This document shows, piece after piece, positions 48,277 through 59,587 of a DNA stretch of 64,000 nt. Made by a program: the position numbers and the translations under genes. Location of the stretch: positions 3,224,001 to 3,288,000 of the forward strand of contig JBHGNT010000012.1 of NCBI GenBank assembly GCA_043228905.1. Reading direction: 5' to 3'. The DNA is from Azolla caroliniana (lineage: Eukaryota > Plantae > Polypodiophyta). The notes under the pieces were generated by a model. The model did no database searches. It was not told the origin of the DNA and worked only from the letters and a program-made list of their open reading frames with translations. Position 1 is the stretch's first letter; every line of letters begins with the position of its first letter.

Positions 48277-50322
48277 ATGAAGGCGGGTGGCAAGGAGATG
48301 GAGAATCAACAAGAGGCAATGAGCATAACGATGATGATGATGTTCGAGCGGATGCTACAAGAACAACGAGTGATGTCGGAGATCACGGGGGCAGTAAAGC
48401 GGCTCGTACAACGAAACGGACAATTCAACGGAAACGATGTGTCACGCTATCTACGTGACTACAAGGCGGAGATGATACGATGTGGGATACCAGAAGGATT
48501 GCAAGTGACATCCTTCAATCGGGTGGCCACGGATGAGCTACAAGAGAGAATCCACAAGATACGGCAACAAAACTCGACATGGGGGTCATTCGAAGAAGCT
48601 TTACGAGAGTCATATGATTACAAGAGATCGAAAGGACGAGATCGACGAGAATTCGACGAATGGGTGGCGTCGGAGAAGACTCACCGAAGTGCAACGCAAG
48701 CGTTCCTAGAGTTCGAGCATCGTTTTGCTCGACTCTCGGAGCAGGAACGAAGATTGGTGGGAGGAGATAAAGTCTTAATGTTCGTAAGATCGATCGATCG
48801 GAAAGAAAGGATGGACATTGGGATCGAACTCGAAGATGATGACGGTGCGAACGGCCTTACCGAGGATTGGGCTAAAGTCGAAAGGGTATGCCGAAGACAT
48901 GATGAAAGGAAGCTGAGAATCTCGTCAACAACGACATGGCCCATGAAGGATGGTCGATTGAGGAAAAACGATGAAGCCAATATGAAGGCCGAAATACAAC
49001 ATGATGGTACCACGGGAGAAAGAGTGGAACAAGACACCCACTCGTCTTGTGAAAGAACGATGGCGAAGGATAAGGCCGATAATTCAAGTGTAGAAGGAAA
49101 TTTCGGGATACAAGTGCCCGAGACATCGGGTCAAAAAGGGGTAAGCATAATAGATGTTTGCATAATTGATGCAGATAAAGAGTGTGAAGCGGATGTGATT
49201 AAGGAGGTAGCCACAAAAGACGAAATCGAATCGGAGGTGGCTATGGACGAATCAATGGCGGATTGCCATATCGAGACTTCCCCACCACTGATTCTAGAGA
49301 CTCCGGCGGTTGCGTTCGAAAGGCAATGTGAGACCGAAGAGACGGAAGGTGGCGGAGAGAAAACAAAGGTCGAAGTCGATGCGTATGACGGAGAGATAGC
49401 CGAGAATATGGCTATGGGTGAAACAATGGAGGATGATAATACCGAGGATTCCTACCCACTAATTCTAGAGACTTCGGCGGTTGTATTCAAGAACCAACGT
49501 GAGACCGGAGAGACGGGAGGTGGCAGCAAGAAAGGTAAAGTCGGAAGCCGGTTTGGATGGAAGGTGATCCGGACGGGATTCCGATCCGAAAGAAAGCCGA
49601 ACCGGGTAAAAGAGGATTCGACCAAAAGTCGACCCGAAAGAAAGCCGAACCGAAAGGAAGAGAATTCGGCCGAAAGACGACACAAACGAAAGCTGAACCG
49701 GGCGAATGAGGATTCGGCCGAAAAACGACCCGAAAGAAGGCCGAACGCGAATATGGATGGAAGCCGACCTAGCCGAAAGCCAATTGGACGAGACCGATCC
49801 GGAAAGAAGCTAATCCGACTCAATCGGAGGTTGGACCGGTCGAGGCTGGTGAAAACGAGGAAAAGAAAGCCAACCGAAACCGAAAGCGATAGATCGAAAC
49901 CGGGCCGGAAGGAGACCGACTCAATCAAAACCGAACAACCGATTCCGATTCGGCCGAATACGAATCCGATCGAAAGCCGATCAAACAGAAAGTTGATCGG
50001 TCGAGAGCGATCCGGAAAAAAGTCAAGGTTGATGAAGACAAGAAAGAGGCCAGTAAAAGACACTACCACGAATGACAAGGGCCAAGAATATGACGAGAGA
50101 GAACAAAGAATATGGTGGATCGGATGGCGACAATGGTTCGGGTGGAAAGAATGGGTCTACTCAAAATGGAGAGACAAAGTTGACATAGCGGGACAAACGG
50201 AGGATGAAGGGGAGACAACGAGCATCGGCAACTTCGGCACATACCGGAGGATGTGCGGGTTCGGAGGGGGCGAGTGTCGTAGTGTATTTCGTACACTACG
50301 TGAAAAAGTAAAAATAATATAA
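48277..50322 (+). CDS. Gag-derived 681-aa protein, unit 2
   Basis: Intact ORF, near-identical to unit 1. Confidence 0.85.
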   Translation: MKAGGKEMENQQEAMSITMMMMFERMLQEQRVMSEITGAVKRLVQRNGQFNGNDVSRYLRDYKAEMIRCGIPEGLQVTSFNRVATDELQERIHKIRQQNSTWGSFEEALRESYDYKRSKGRDRREFDEWVASEKTHRSATQAFLEFEHRFARLSEQERRLVGGDKVLMFVRSIDRKERMDIGIELEDDDGANGLTEDWAKVERVCRRHDERKLRISSTTTWPMKDGRLRKNDEANMKAEIQHDGTTGERVEQDTHSSCERTMAKDKADNSSVEGNFGIQVPETSGQKGVSIIDVCIIDADKECEADVIKEVATKDEIESEVAMDESMADCHIETSPPLILETPAVAFERQCETEETEGGGEKTKVEVDAYDGEIAENMAMGETMEDDNTEDSYPLILETSAVVFKNQRETGETGGGSKKGKVGSRFGWKVIRTGFRSERKPNRVKEDSTKSRPERKPNRKEENSAERRHKRKLNRANEDSAEKRPERRPNANMDGSRPSRKPIGRDRSGKKLIRLNRRLDRSRLVKTRKRKPTETESDRSKPGRKETDSIKTEQPIPIRPNTNPIESRSNRKLIGRERSGKKSRLMKTRKRPVKDTTTNDKGQEYDEREQRIWWIGWRQWFGWKEWVYSKWRDKVDIAGQTEDEGETTSIGNFGTYRRMCGFGGGECRSVFRTLREKVKII

Positions 50323-51157
50323 CCGATTTAATTACATATAAATAAATAAAATAAGAATATCAAGATATTTATCACGTGCATAGGGCAAGATTTGAACCTT
50401 GTACCTCCACGTAGCCAAACCTCAACTTTACCATTATGCTACCTTATCTTTAGTGTTCTATAAATAGATTTAATAACTATAAGTGCTTTATTTGCGCCTA
50501 CCTTTATTAAAAGGTAAATCGTGCATTTTTTAGAGTGCGTGAATATTTTATAGAAAAACGCAAGCAACAAAAAAGTGACTCATGCACATCTAGCGTGCAT
50601 GAGCACTATATTTAGCAAATAAAAGCAAGGATTAGAAAAGCATCACATGCACATTTAGTGTGCATGAACATATTAGAAAAAAAGCATGTAGCTATGCTTA
50701 GTCTCTCCCATCACTACATAAGGATGGGGAGCACAATGTAATAGGTGTGAAATATTTGGGAAATTGGATATATTTCCTAAAACACCAACAATCAATAAAA
50801 TATACTCGTGGGATTCACGAAGTTTAAGATAATCTATCTCTTTCAATCTAAATTCATATTCTTACATAAATATTGATTAATGTAATACTTGTGGGATTCA
50901 CAAGGTTTGATCTCTTTTCTCAATCTACTCTAATCTATTCTAAATTATTTCAATTTATTACTACGATTTAGATAAACTAAAACAATTATACTTGTGGGAT
51001 TCACAAGTTTCTATATCTCTTTCTTATAATCTATTCATATTCATTACTAGCCTCATCTCATATTCTTCTTTCTCCTAGTCCAAAACCCCGGTGGTTCCCA
51101 CCCGACTCACGCAAACGATCCGGAGCCGAAAGGCACGACACAGTTGGTGAACCCGAC

Positions 51158-53203
51158 ATGAAGGCGGGTGGCAAGGAGATGGAGAATCAACAAGAGGCAA
51201 TGAGCATAACGATGATGATGATGTTCGAGCGGATGCTACAAGAACAACGAGTGATGTCGGAGATCACGGGGGCAGTAAAGCGGCTCGTACAACGAAACGG
51301 ACAATTCAACGGAAACGATGTGTCACGCTATCTACGTGACTACAAGGCGGAGATGATACGATGTGGGATACCAGAAGGATTGCAAGTGACATCCTTCAAT
51401 CGGGTGGCCACGGATGAGCTACAAGAGAGAATCCACAAGATACGGCAACAAAACTCGACATGGGGGTCATTCGAAGAAGCTTTACGAGAGTCATATGATT
51501 ACAAGAGATCGAAAGGACGAGATCGACGAGAATTCGACGAATGGGTGGCGTCGGAGAAGACTCACCGAAGTGCAACGCAAGCGTTCCTAGAGTTCGAGCA
51601 TCGTTTTGCTCGACTCTCGGAGCAGGAACGAAGATTGGTGGGAGGAGATAAAGTCTTAATGTTCGTAAGATCGATCGATCGGAAAGAAAGGATGGACATT
51701 GGGATCGAACTCGAAGATGATGACGGTGCGAACGGCCTTACCGAGGATTGGGCTAAAGTCGAAAGGGTATGCCGAAGACATGATGAAAGGAAGCTGAGAA
51801 TCTCGTCAACAACGACATGGCCCATGAAGGATGGTCGATTGAGGAAAAACGATGAAGCCAATATGAAGGCCGAAATACAACATGATGGTACCACGGGAGA
51901 AAGAGTGGAACAAGACACCCACTCGTCTTGTGAAAGAACGATGGCGAAGGATAAGGCCGATAATTCAAGTGTAGAAGGAAATTTCGGGATACAAGTGCCC
52001 GAGACATCGGGTCAAAAAGGGGTAAGCATAATAGATGTTTGCATAATTGATGCAGATAAAGAGTGTGAAGCGGATGTGATTAAGGAGGTAGCCACAAAAG
52101 ACGAAATCGAATCGGAGGTGGCTATGGACGAATCAATGGCGGATTGCCATATCGAGACTTCCCCACCACTGATTCTAGAGACTCCGGCGGTTGCGTTCGA
52201 AAGGCAATGTGAGACCGAAGAGACGGAAGGTGGCGGAGAGAAAACAAAGGTCGAAGTCGATGCGTATGACGGAGAGATAGCCGAGAATATGGCTATGGGT
52301 GAAACAATGGAGGATGATAATACCGAGGATTCCTACCCACTAATTCTAGAGACTTCGGCGGTTGTATTCAAGAACCAACGTGAGACCGGAGAGACGGGAG
52401 GTGGCAGCAAGAAAGGTAAAGTCGGAAGCCGGTTTGGATGGAAGGTGATCCGGACGGGATTCCGATCCGAAAGAAAGCCGAACCGGGTAAAAGAGGATTC
52501 GACCAAAAGTCGACCCGAAAGAAAGCCGAACCGAAAGGAAGAGAATTCGGCCGAAAGACGACACAAACGAAAGCTGAACCGGGCGAATGAGGATTCGGCC
52601 GAAAAACGACCCGAAAGAAGGCCGAACGCGAATATGGATGGAAGCCGACCTAGCCGAAAGCCAATTGGACGAGACCGATCCGGAAAGAAGCTAATCCGAC
52701 TCAATCGGAGGTTGGACCGGTCGAGGCTGGTGAAAACGAGGAAAAGAAAGCCAACCGAAACCGAAAGCGATAGATCGAAACCGGGCCGGAAGGAGACCGA
52801 CTCAATCAAAACCGAACAACCGATTCCGATTCGGCCGAATACGAATCCGATCGAAAGCCGATCAAACAGAAAGTTGATCGGTCGAGAGCGATCCGGAAAA
52901 AAGTCAAGGTTGATGAAGACAAGAAAGAGGCCAGTAAAAGACACTACCACGAATGACAAGGGCCAAGAATATGACGAGAGAGAACAAAGAATATGGTGGA
53001 TCGGATGGCGACAATGGTTCGGGTGGAAAGAATGGGTCTACTCAAAATGGAGAGACAAAGTTGACATAGCGGGACAAACGGAGGATGAAGGGGAGACAAC
53101 GAGCATCGGCAACTTCGGCACATACCGGAGGATGTGCGGGTTCGGAGGGGGCGAGTGTCGTAGTGTATTTCGTACACTACGTGAAAAAGTAAAAATAATA
53201 TAA
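51158..53203 (+). CDS. Gag-derived 681-aa protein, unit 3
   Basis: Translation identical to unit 2. Confidence 0.85.
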   Translation: MKAGGKEMENQQEAMSITMMMMFERMLQEQRVMSEITGAVKRLVQRNGQFNGNDVSRYLRDYKAEMIRCGIPEGLQVTSFNRVATDELQERIHKIRQQNSTWGSFEEALRESYDYKRSKGRDRREFDEWVASEKTHRSATQAFLEFEHRFARLSEQERRLVGGDKVLMFVRSIDRKERMDIGIELEDDDGANGLTEDWAKVERVCRRHDERKLRISSTTTWPMKDGRLRKNDEANMKAEIQHDGTTGERVEQDTHSSCERTMAKDKADNSSVEGNFGIQVPETSGQKGVSIIDVCIIDADKECEADVIKEVATKDEIESEVAMDESMADCHIETSPPLILETPAVAFERQCETEETEGGGEKTKVEVDAYDGEIAENMAMGETMEDDNTEDSYPLILETSAVVFKNQRETGETGGGSKKGKVGSRFGWKVIRTGFRSERKPNRVKEDSTKSRPERKPNRKEENSAERRHKRKLNRANEDSAEKRPERRPNANMDGSRPSRKPIGRDRSGKKLIRLNRRLDRSRLVKTRKRKPTETESDRSKPGRKETDSIKTEQPIPIRPNTNPIESRSNRKLIGRERSGKKSRLMKTRKRPVKDTTTNDKGQEYDEREQRIWWIGWRQWFGWKEWVYSKWRDKVDIAGQTEDEGETTSIGNFGTYRRMCGFGGGECRSVFRTLREKVKII

Positions 53204-54038
53204 CCGATTTAATTACATATAAATAAATAAAATAAGAATATCAAGATATTTATCACGTGCATAGGGCAAGATTTGAACCTTGTACCTCCACGTAGCCAAA
53301 CCTCAACTTTACCATTATGCTACCTTATCTTTAGTGTTCTATAAATAGATTTAATAACTATAAGTGCTTTATTTGCGCCTACCTTTATTAAAAGGTAAAT
53401 CGTGCATTTTTTAGAGTGCGTGAATATTTTATAGAAAAACGCAAGCAACAAAAAAGTGACTCATGCACATCTAGCGTGCATGAGCACTATATTTAGCAAA
53501 TAAAAGCAAGGATTAGAAAAGCATCACATGCACATTTAGTGTGCATGAACATATTAGAAAAAAAGCATGTAGCTATGCTTAGTCTCTCCCATCACTACAT
53601 AAGGATGGGGAGCACAATGTAATAGGTGTGAAATATTTGGGAAATTGGATATATTTCCTAAAACACCAACAATCAATAAAATATACTCGTGGGATTCACG
53701 AAGTTTAAGATAATCTATCTCTTTCAATCTAAATTCATATTCTTACATAAATATTGATTAATGTAATACTTGTGGGATTCACAAGGTTTGATCTCTTTTC
53801 TCAATCTACTCTAATCTATTCTAAATTATTTCAATTTATTACTACGATTTAGATAAACTAAAACAATTATACTTGTGGGATTCACAAGTTTCTATATCTC
53901 TTTCTTATAATCTATTCATATTCATTACTAGCCTCATCTCATATTCTTCTTTCTCCTAGTCCAAAACCCCGGTGGTTCCCACCCGACTCACGCAAACGAT
54001 CCGGAGCCGAAAGGCACGACACAGTTGGTGAACCCGAC

Positions 54039-56084
54039 ATGAAGGCGGGTGGCAAGGAGATGGAGAATCAACAAGAGGCAATGAGCATAACGATGATGAT
54101 GATGTTCGAGCGGATGCTACAAGAACAACGAGTGATGTCGGAGATCACGGGGGCAGTAAAGCGGCTCGTACAACGAAACGGACAATTCAACGGAAACGAT
54201 GTGTCACGCTATCTACGTGACTACAAGGCGGAGATGATACGATGTGGGATACCAGAAGGATTGCAAGTGACATCCTTCAATCGGGTGGCCACGGATGAGC
54301 TACAAGAGAGAATCCACAAGATACGGCAACAAAACTCGACATGGGGGTCATTCGAAGAAGCTTTACGAGAGTCATATGATTACAAGAGATCGAAAGGACG
54401 AGATCGACGAGAATTCGACGAATGGGTGGCGTCGGAGAAGACTCACCGAAGTGCAACGCAAGCGTTCCTAGAGTTCGAGCATCGTTTTGCTCGACTCTCG
54501 GAGCAGGAACGAAGATTGGTGGGAGGAGATAAAGTCTTAATGTTCGTAAGATCGATCGATCGGAAAGAAAGGATGGACATTGGGATCGAACTCGAAGATG
54601 ATGACGGTGCGAACGGCCTTACCGAGGATTGGGCTAAAGTCGAAAGGGTATGCCGAAGACATGATGAAAGGAAGCTGAGAATCTCGTCAACAACGACATG
54701 GCCCATGAAGGATGGTCGATTGAGGAAAAACGATGAAGCCAATATGAAGGCCGAAATACAACATGATGGTACCACGGGAGAAAGAGTGGAACAAGACACC
54801 CACTCGTCTTGTGAAAGAACGATGGCGAAGGATAAGGCCGATAATTCAAGTGTAGAAGGAAATTTCGGGATACAAGTGCCCGAGACATCGGGTCAAAAAG
54901 GGGTAAGCATAATAGATGTTTGCATAATTGATGCAGATAAAGAGTGTGAAGCGGATGTGATTAAGGAGGTAGCCACAAAAGACGAAATCGAATCGGAGGT
55001 GGCTATGGACGAATCAATGGCGGATTGCCATATCGAGACTTCCCCACCACTGATTCTAGAGACTCCGGCGGTTGCGTTCGAAAGGCAATGTGAGACCGAA
55101 GAGACGGAAGGTGGCGGAGAGAAAACAAAGGTCGAAGTCGATGCGTATGACGGAGAGATAGCCGAGAATATGGCTATGGGTGAAACAATGGAGGATGATA
55201 ATACCGAGGATTCCTACCCACTAATTCTAGAGACTTCGGCGGTTGTATTCAAGAACCAACGTGAGACCGGAGAGACGGGAGGTGGCAGCAAGAAAGGTAA
55301 AGTCGGAAGCCGGTTTGGATGGAAGGTGATCCGGACGGGATTCCGATCCGAAAGAAAGCCGAACCGGGTAAAAGAGGATTCGACCAAAAGTCGACCCGAA
55401 AGAAAGCCGAACCGAAAGGAAGAGAATTCGGCCGAAAGACGACACAAACGAAAGCTGAACCGGGCGAATGAGGATTCGGCCGAAAAACGACCCGAAAGAA
55501 GGCCGAACGCGAATATGGATGGAAGCCGACCTAGCCGAAAGCCAATTGGACGAGACCGATCCGGAAAGAAGCTAATCCGACTCAATCGGAGGTTGGACCG
55601 GTCGAGGCTGGTGAAAACGAGGAAAAGAAAGCCAACCGAAACCGAAAGCGATAGATCGAAACCGGGCCGGAAGGAGACCGACTCAATCAAAACCGAACAA
55701 CCGATTCCGATTCGGCCGAATACGAATCCGATCGAAAGCCGATCAAACAGAAAGTTGATCGGTCGAGAGCGATCCGGAAAAAAGTCAAGGTTGATGAAGA
55801 CAAGAAAGAGGCCAGTAAAAGACACTACCACGAATGACAAGGGCCAAGAATATGACGAGAGAGAACAAAGAATATGGTGGATCGGATGGCGACAATGGTT
55901 CGGGTGGAAAGAATGGGTCTACTCAAAATGGAGAGACAAAGTTGACATAGCGGGACAAACGGAGGATGAAGGGGAGACAACGAGCATCGGCAACTTCGGC
56001 ACATACCGGAGGATGTGCGGGTTCGGAGGGGGCGAGTGTCGTAGTGTATTTCGTACACTACGTGAAAAAGTAAAAATAATATAA
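54039..56084 (+). CDS. Gag-derived 681-aa protein, unit 4
   Basis: Translation identical to unit 2. Confidence 0.85.
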   Translation: MKAGGKEMENQQEAMSITMMMMFERMLQEQRVMSEITGAVKRLVQRNGQFNGNDVSRYLRDYKAEMIRCGIPEGLQVTSFNRVATDELQERIHKIRQQNSTWGSFEEALRESYDYKRSKGRDRREFDEWVASEKTHRSATQAFLEFEHRFARLSEQERRLVGGDKVLMFVRSIDRKERMDIGIELEDDDGANGLTEDWAKVERVCRRHDERKLRISSTTTWPMKDGRLRKNDEANMKAEIQHDGTTGERVEQDTHSSCERTMAKDKADNSSVEGNFGIQVPETSGQKGVSIIDVCIIDADKECEADVIKEVATKDEIESEVAMDESMADCHIETSPPLILETPAVAFERQCETEETEGGGEKTKVEVDAYDGEIAENMAMGETMEDDNTEDSYPLILETSAVVFKNQRETGETGGGSKKGKVGSRFGWKVIRTGFRSERKPNRVKEDSTKSRPERKPNRKEENSAERRHKRKLNRANEDSAEKRPERRPNANMDGSRPSRKPIGRDRSGKKLIRLNRRLDRSRLVKTRKRKPTETESDRSKPGRKETDSIKTEQPIPIRPNTNPIESRSNRKLIGRERSGKKSRLMKTRKRPVKDTTTNDKGQEYDEREQRIWWIGWRQWFGWKEWVYSKWRDKVDIAGQTEDEGETTSIGNFGTYRRMCGFGGGECRSVFRTLREKVKII

Positions 56085-57476
56085 CCGATTTAATTACATA
56101 TAAATAAATAAAATAAGAATATCAAGATATTTATCACGTGCATAGGGCAAGATTTGAACCTTGTACCTCCACGTAGCCAAACCTCAACTTTACCATTATG
56201 CTACCTTATCTTTAGTGTTCTATAAATAGATTTAATAACTATAAGTGCTTTATTTGCGCCTACCTTTATTAAAAGGTAAATCGTGCATTTTTTAGAGTGC
56301 GTGAATATTTTATAGAAAAACGCAAGCAACAAAAAAGTGACTCATGCACATCTAGCGTGCATGAGCACTATATTTAGCAAATAAAAGCAAGGATTAGAAA
56401 AGCATCACATGCACATTTAGTGTGCATGAACATATTAGAAAAAAAGCATGTAGCTATGCTTAGTCTCTCCCATCACTACATAAGGATGGGGAGCACAATG
56501 TAATAGGTGTGAAATATTTGGGAAATTGGATATATTTCCTAAAACACCAACAATCAATAAAATATACTCGTGGGATTCACGAAGTTTAAGATAATCTATC
56601 TCTTTCAATCTAAATTCATATTCTTACATAAATATTGATTAATGTAATACTTGTGGGATTCACAAGGTTTGATCTCTTTTCTCAATCTACTCTAATCTAT
56701 TCTAAATTATTTCAATTTATTACTACGATTTAGATAAACTAAAACAATTATACTTGTGGGATTCACAAGTTTCTATATCTCTTTCTTATAATCTATTCAT
56801 ATTCATTACTAGCCTCATCTCATATTCTTCTTTCTCCTAGTCCAAAACCCCGGTGGTTCCCACCCGACTCACGCAAACGATCCGGAGCCGAAAGGCACGA
56901 CAGCGGAGTCCACTTTCTGGTCTGAACAGATATCACTTAGGCGAGGTTTTTGTCTTGCGTGCTCCTATTTCTAGTGTGTGATGGACCTCGTGAGTGGTCG
57001 GACTTGTCGGGTCTGTTCTCTGGGTCGTCTACGGCTAGACATCCATCCCTTGTTGTTCGTCTCCAGGAAATCACAGATCAATAGGACCTTTGTACCGTTA
57101 ATCGTACTGGGATAATTTCTCGTATCCTCATAGCATATAAGGGAGACGGCTACAACCGAACTCCTTGGAAGTGCGTTGGGGTCCGCGCTTACGCTTGCAC
57201 CCTTACAATTAACAGTATGCAACAGAGAAACGAAGAACTCAACAGAGAAAGCCACAGATATGCACAAAGATCAGAGAAGATAGTATTCTATTAGAAAAAC
57301 ACTCTATACTCAAAAATTACACGCTACCTCTTACAGAGAATTTCTGCCCTTTATATACACAGGGCTTTTAGCCGTTCACGCTTCCCGCATGAACCGTTAC
57401 ATGCGTTTCTTAACGCTTTACTATATTATAATGTTTCTGCGCTTTTGTCCGTCGGTTACTATTCCGGCGGACAACA

Positions 57477-57727
57477 ACCTCCGATCGAACTTGAAGATGG
57501 ACCTGAGTATGAGGTTGCCACCATCCTTAATTCTGAGATTGTTTGCAACAAACTCTACTATTTGGTCGATTGACTAGGATATAGCCCTAGCAAGCGTACT
57601 TGGGAACCAATAGAGAATGTGACCAATGCTCGTGCTCTTCTTGAGGATTTCCATCGTCAATATCCAGACAAACCGGGTTCTCAATCCAAAACGACTCATA
57701 ACACTCGTCGTTTTAAAGGGGGGATAG
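57477..57727 (+). pseudogene. Integrase-linked chromodomain remnant and PPT of the Tcn1-like element
   Basis: PPIELEDGPEYEVATILNSEIVCNKLYYLVD*LGYSPSKRTWEPIENV; AAAGGGGGGATAG precedes TGTCATGA. Confidence 0.88.
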
Positions 57728-58476
57728 TGTCATGATATGAACCCATGACCTTATTTTACATGGGTCGAACCCTTGTCATTAAACTATATATTATAATACG
57801 AAAGATATTATTTTCATTTATTATTTTACTATAGAAAATTGATGTATATTTCCATATTTCTTTGGAACATTGTAGAAACTTCGGGAATACTCATAGCTAT
57901 TATTGTGCTTACTCTTCGTATAATATAATATATCTTTTGTTATCATTATTCTCACTCTCTCTCGATCTGCCCTCTCTCTCTCTCTCCATATGGCTCAAAA
58001 TAGAAAAACCTAATGATTTGCCCACTTTTGTCGTTGGATGTTCCATTCCTCATCAATATTCTAACTTCTATGCTTGTTTGGATAAAGATCAAACTTTTGC
58101 AAATCTAGAAGATGATATTGCTTATTTCAAATCCAAAGGGGAAGTTATTGTCTTTGGTGACATGAATGCTCGTACAAGAAGTTTCCAACTTGATTCACAA
58201 GAATCTTTCATGCCACATATCTCAAGGATGCAAGAGGATATGCAAATGATAGTCGATCTTCTAGCAATGAAAAAGATCTGAACCAATTTGGGAAACTACT
58301 CCTACAAATGTGCAATAGTACCGGATTGCTTATTGCAAATGGTGTTTCCTTATGGCCCAATACTAACGGCTTTACATGTAGAAAACACAATGGAAATAGT
58401 GTGATTGACTATGTGTTACTTTCCGAAGGTATTTTGGATCGTATACATAAATTCTCACTAGGGGGACGGACACCGG

Positions 58477-59587
58477 TGTCGTGAAGATTTTCGGCAATAG
58501 TGTGAAAATCCCATAAAACATACAAAATCGAGTATGAAACACATAATACAATAATTGTGAAGATAACATTTTAAATAAATTTAATATCTAAGTACAAAAT
58601 GATGGAGGGTTCGAATGCACTTTATTACACGAGAAACGGACAACTAAATGTCAAGATATGAGGGTATAAAGTTTGTGAAAGGAAAAGAAAAAATTGTGAG
58701 ATATCCCACATAGGCACAACAAATACGGCTCTCATCATATATAAGGTAGAGCAAAAGATATTATCTTTGTGTCTATGTGTGCAGCATAGAGAGTTCAAGG
58801 TAAATTGAACTAAGAGTGGAGGTGGGCTAGCTACTCGTAAAGGGTTTTGGCCAACCAAAACCGGACCGACGATGGAGCCAGTGATCCGGCGCCAGTGAGA
58901 CACCGGCATCCGACGGCAAAGCGGCGATGGCGACGGCAGCGGCATCCGGCGAGGCACTGGAAACTGAAGGCATCCGGCGCCAGTGAGACGACGGCATCCG
59001 GGAACCGGCGTCCGGTGACTAGATAAATAAATATATAAATATATATACATATACAAGGAGGGCAAGTAAGGATTCGAACCTTGCACCTCCGAGTTAGGAG
59101 TCAATTGGCTTACCATTAAGCCATGCCATTTAGTTGAATTTATATTTCTATCATTGTAATTTTACATGTAAATTCTCATACATGAGAGCTAAAATGAGTG
59201 ACATGGTTATCATGCACCACATGTAATACATAAGCGCCAAATGGCAAACATGCATTTTATGCATGTCTAGTACCCTCACATGCATCATATGCATGAGAGC
59301 ATCTATAAAAGAAGGGGGAAGAGAAAAAGGGCGTTTTTTTTTGTTATGAAATTAAGAAGAAGAAATTCTTTATCAAATTGATCGTGCAACTTGTTTCTTA
59401 AATCTAAAGTTAAAATTTCAATCAATCTCTCTCAATCGTTTAATCTAACTTCTCTCTTTCCCAATCTATCTTAAGTACTTTCTCACTAAAGCTTGCGCCA
59501 AAGCTTGTACCGACTTTGAATCCTTCCGGTCCAGAACCTCGGCGGTTCCGCCTCACAATCCGCGCGTAGTGACGGATCTTCACGACA
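58477..59587 (+). mobile_element. Gypsy solo LTR (1111 bp) inserted in the LINE endonuclease
   Basis: TGTCGTGAAG...CTTCACGACA termini; flanks CCGG/CCAG; host reads GGRTP|ESDH across it. Confidence 0.9.
59060..59128 (-). promoter_or_regulatory. tRNA-like module antisense within the solo LTR
   Basis: Minus strand TGGCATGGCTTAATGGTAAGC...GCAAGGTTCGAATCCTTACTTGCCC: D-arm GCTT/AAGC and T-arm AAGG-TTCGAAT-CCTT. Confidence 0.65.

Larger units (their letters stand above)
44513..56902 (+). mobile_element. Tandem array of a non-autonomous gag-only LTR element: (LTR-internal)x4-LTR
   Basis: 866-bp LTRs at 44513, 47394, 50275, 53156 and 56037; 2881-bp period; tRNA-Trp PBS after and PPT GGAGGGGGCGAG before the LTRs; single TSD GCGG (44509-44512 / 56903-56906). 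Confidence 0.97.
36889..57476 (-). mobile_element. Degenerate Athila-like (OTA) Gypsy element, gag interrupted by the tandem array; 3' LTR not found
   Basis: PR IIDGDSGINV ~42830; RT YSFLDGFSGYNQV/FLDDF and RH VDASNIAIG 40949-41764; INT 39357-40586; putative 5' LTR ~57136-57476 ending GGACAACA. Confidence 0.8.

Noticed and set aside
3431-57727. Plus-strand pol at 3431-4725 and chromodomain at 57477 as one element
   Set aside because: The chromodomain belongs to the element bounded by the LTR at 18259 and the GCTGG TSD, and a host gene lies between.
59060-59128. Functional tRNA gene
   Set aside because: The anticodon stem does not pair and the acceptor stem is short; kept only as a tRNA-like module.
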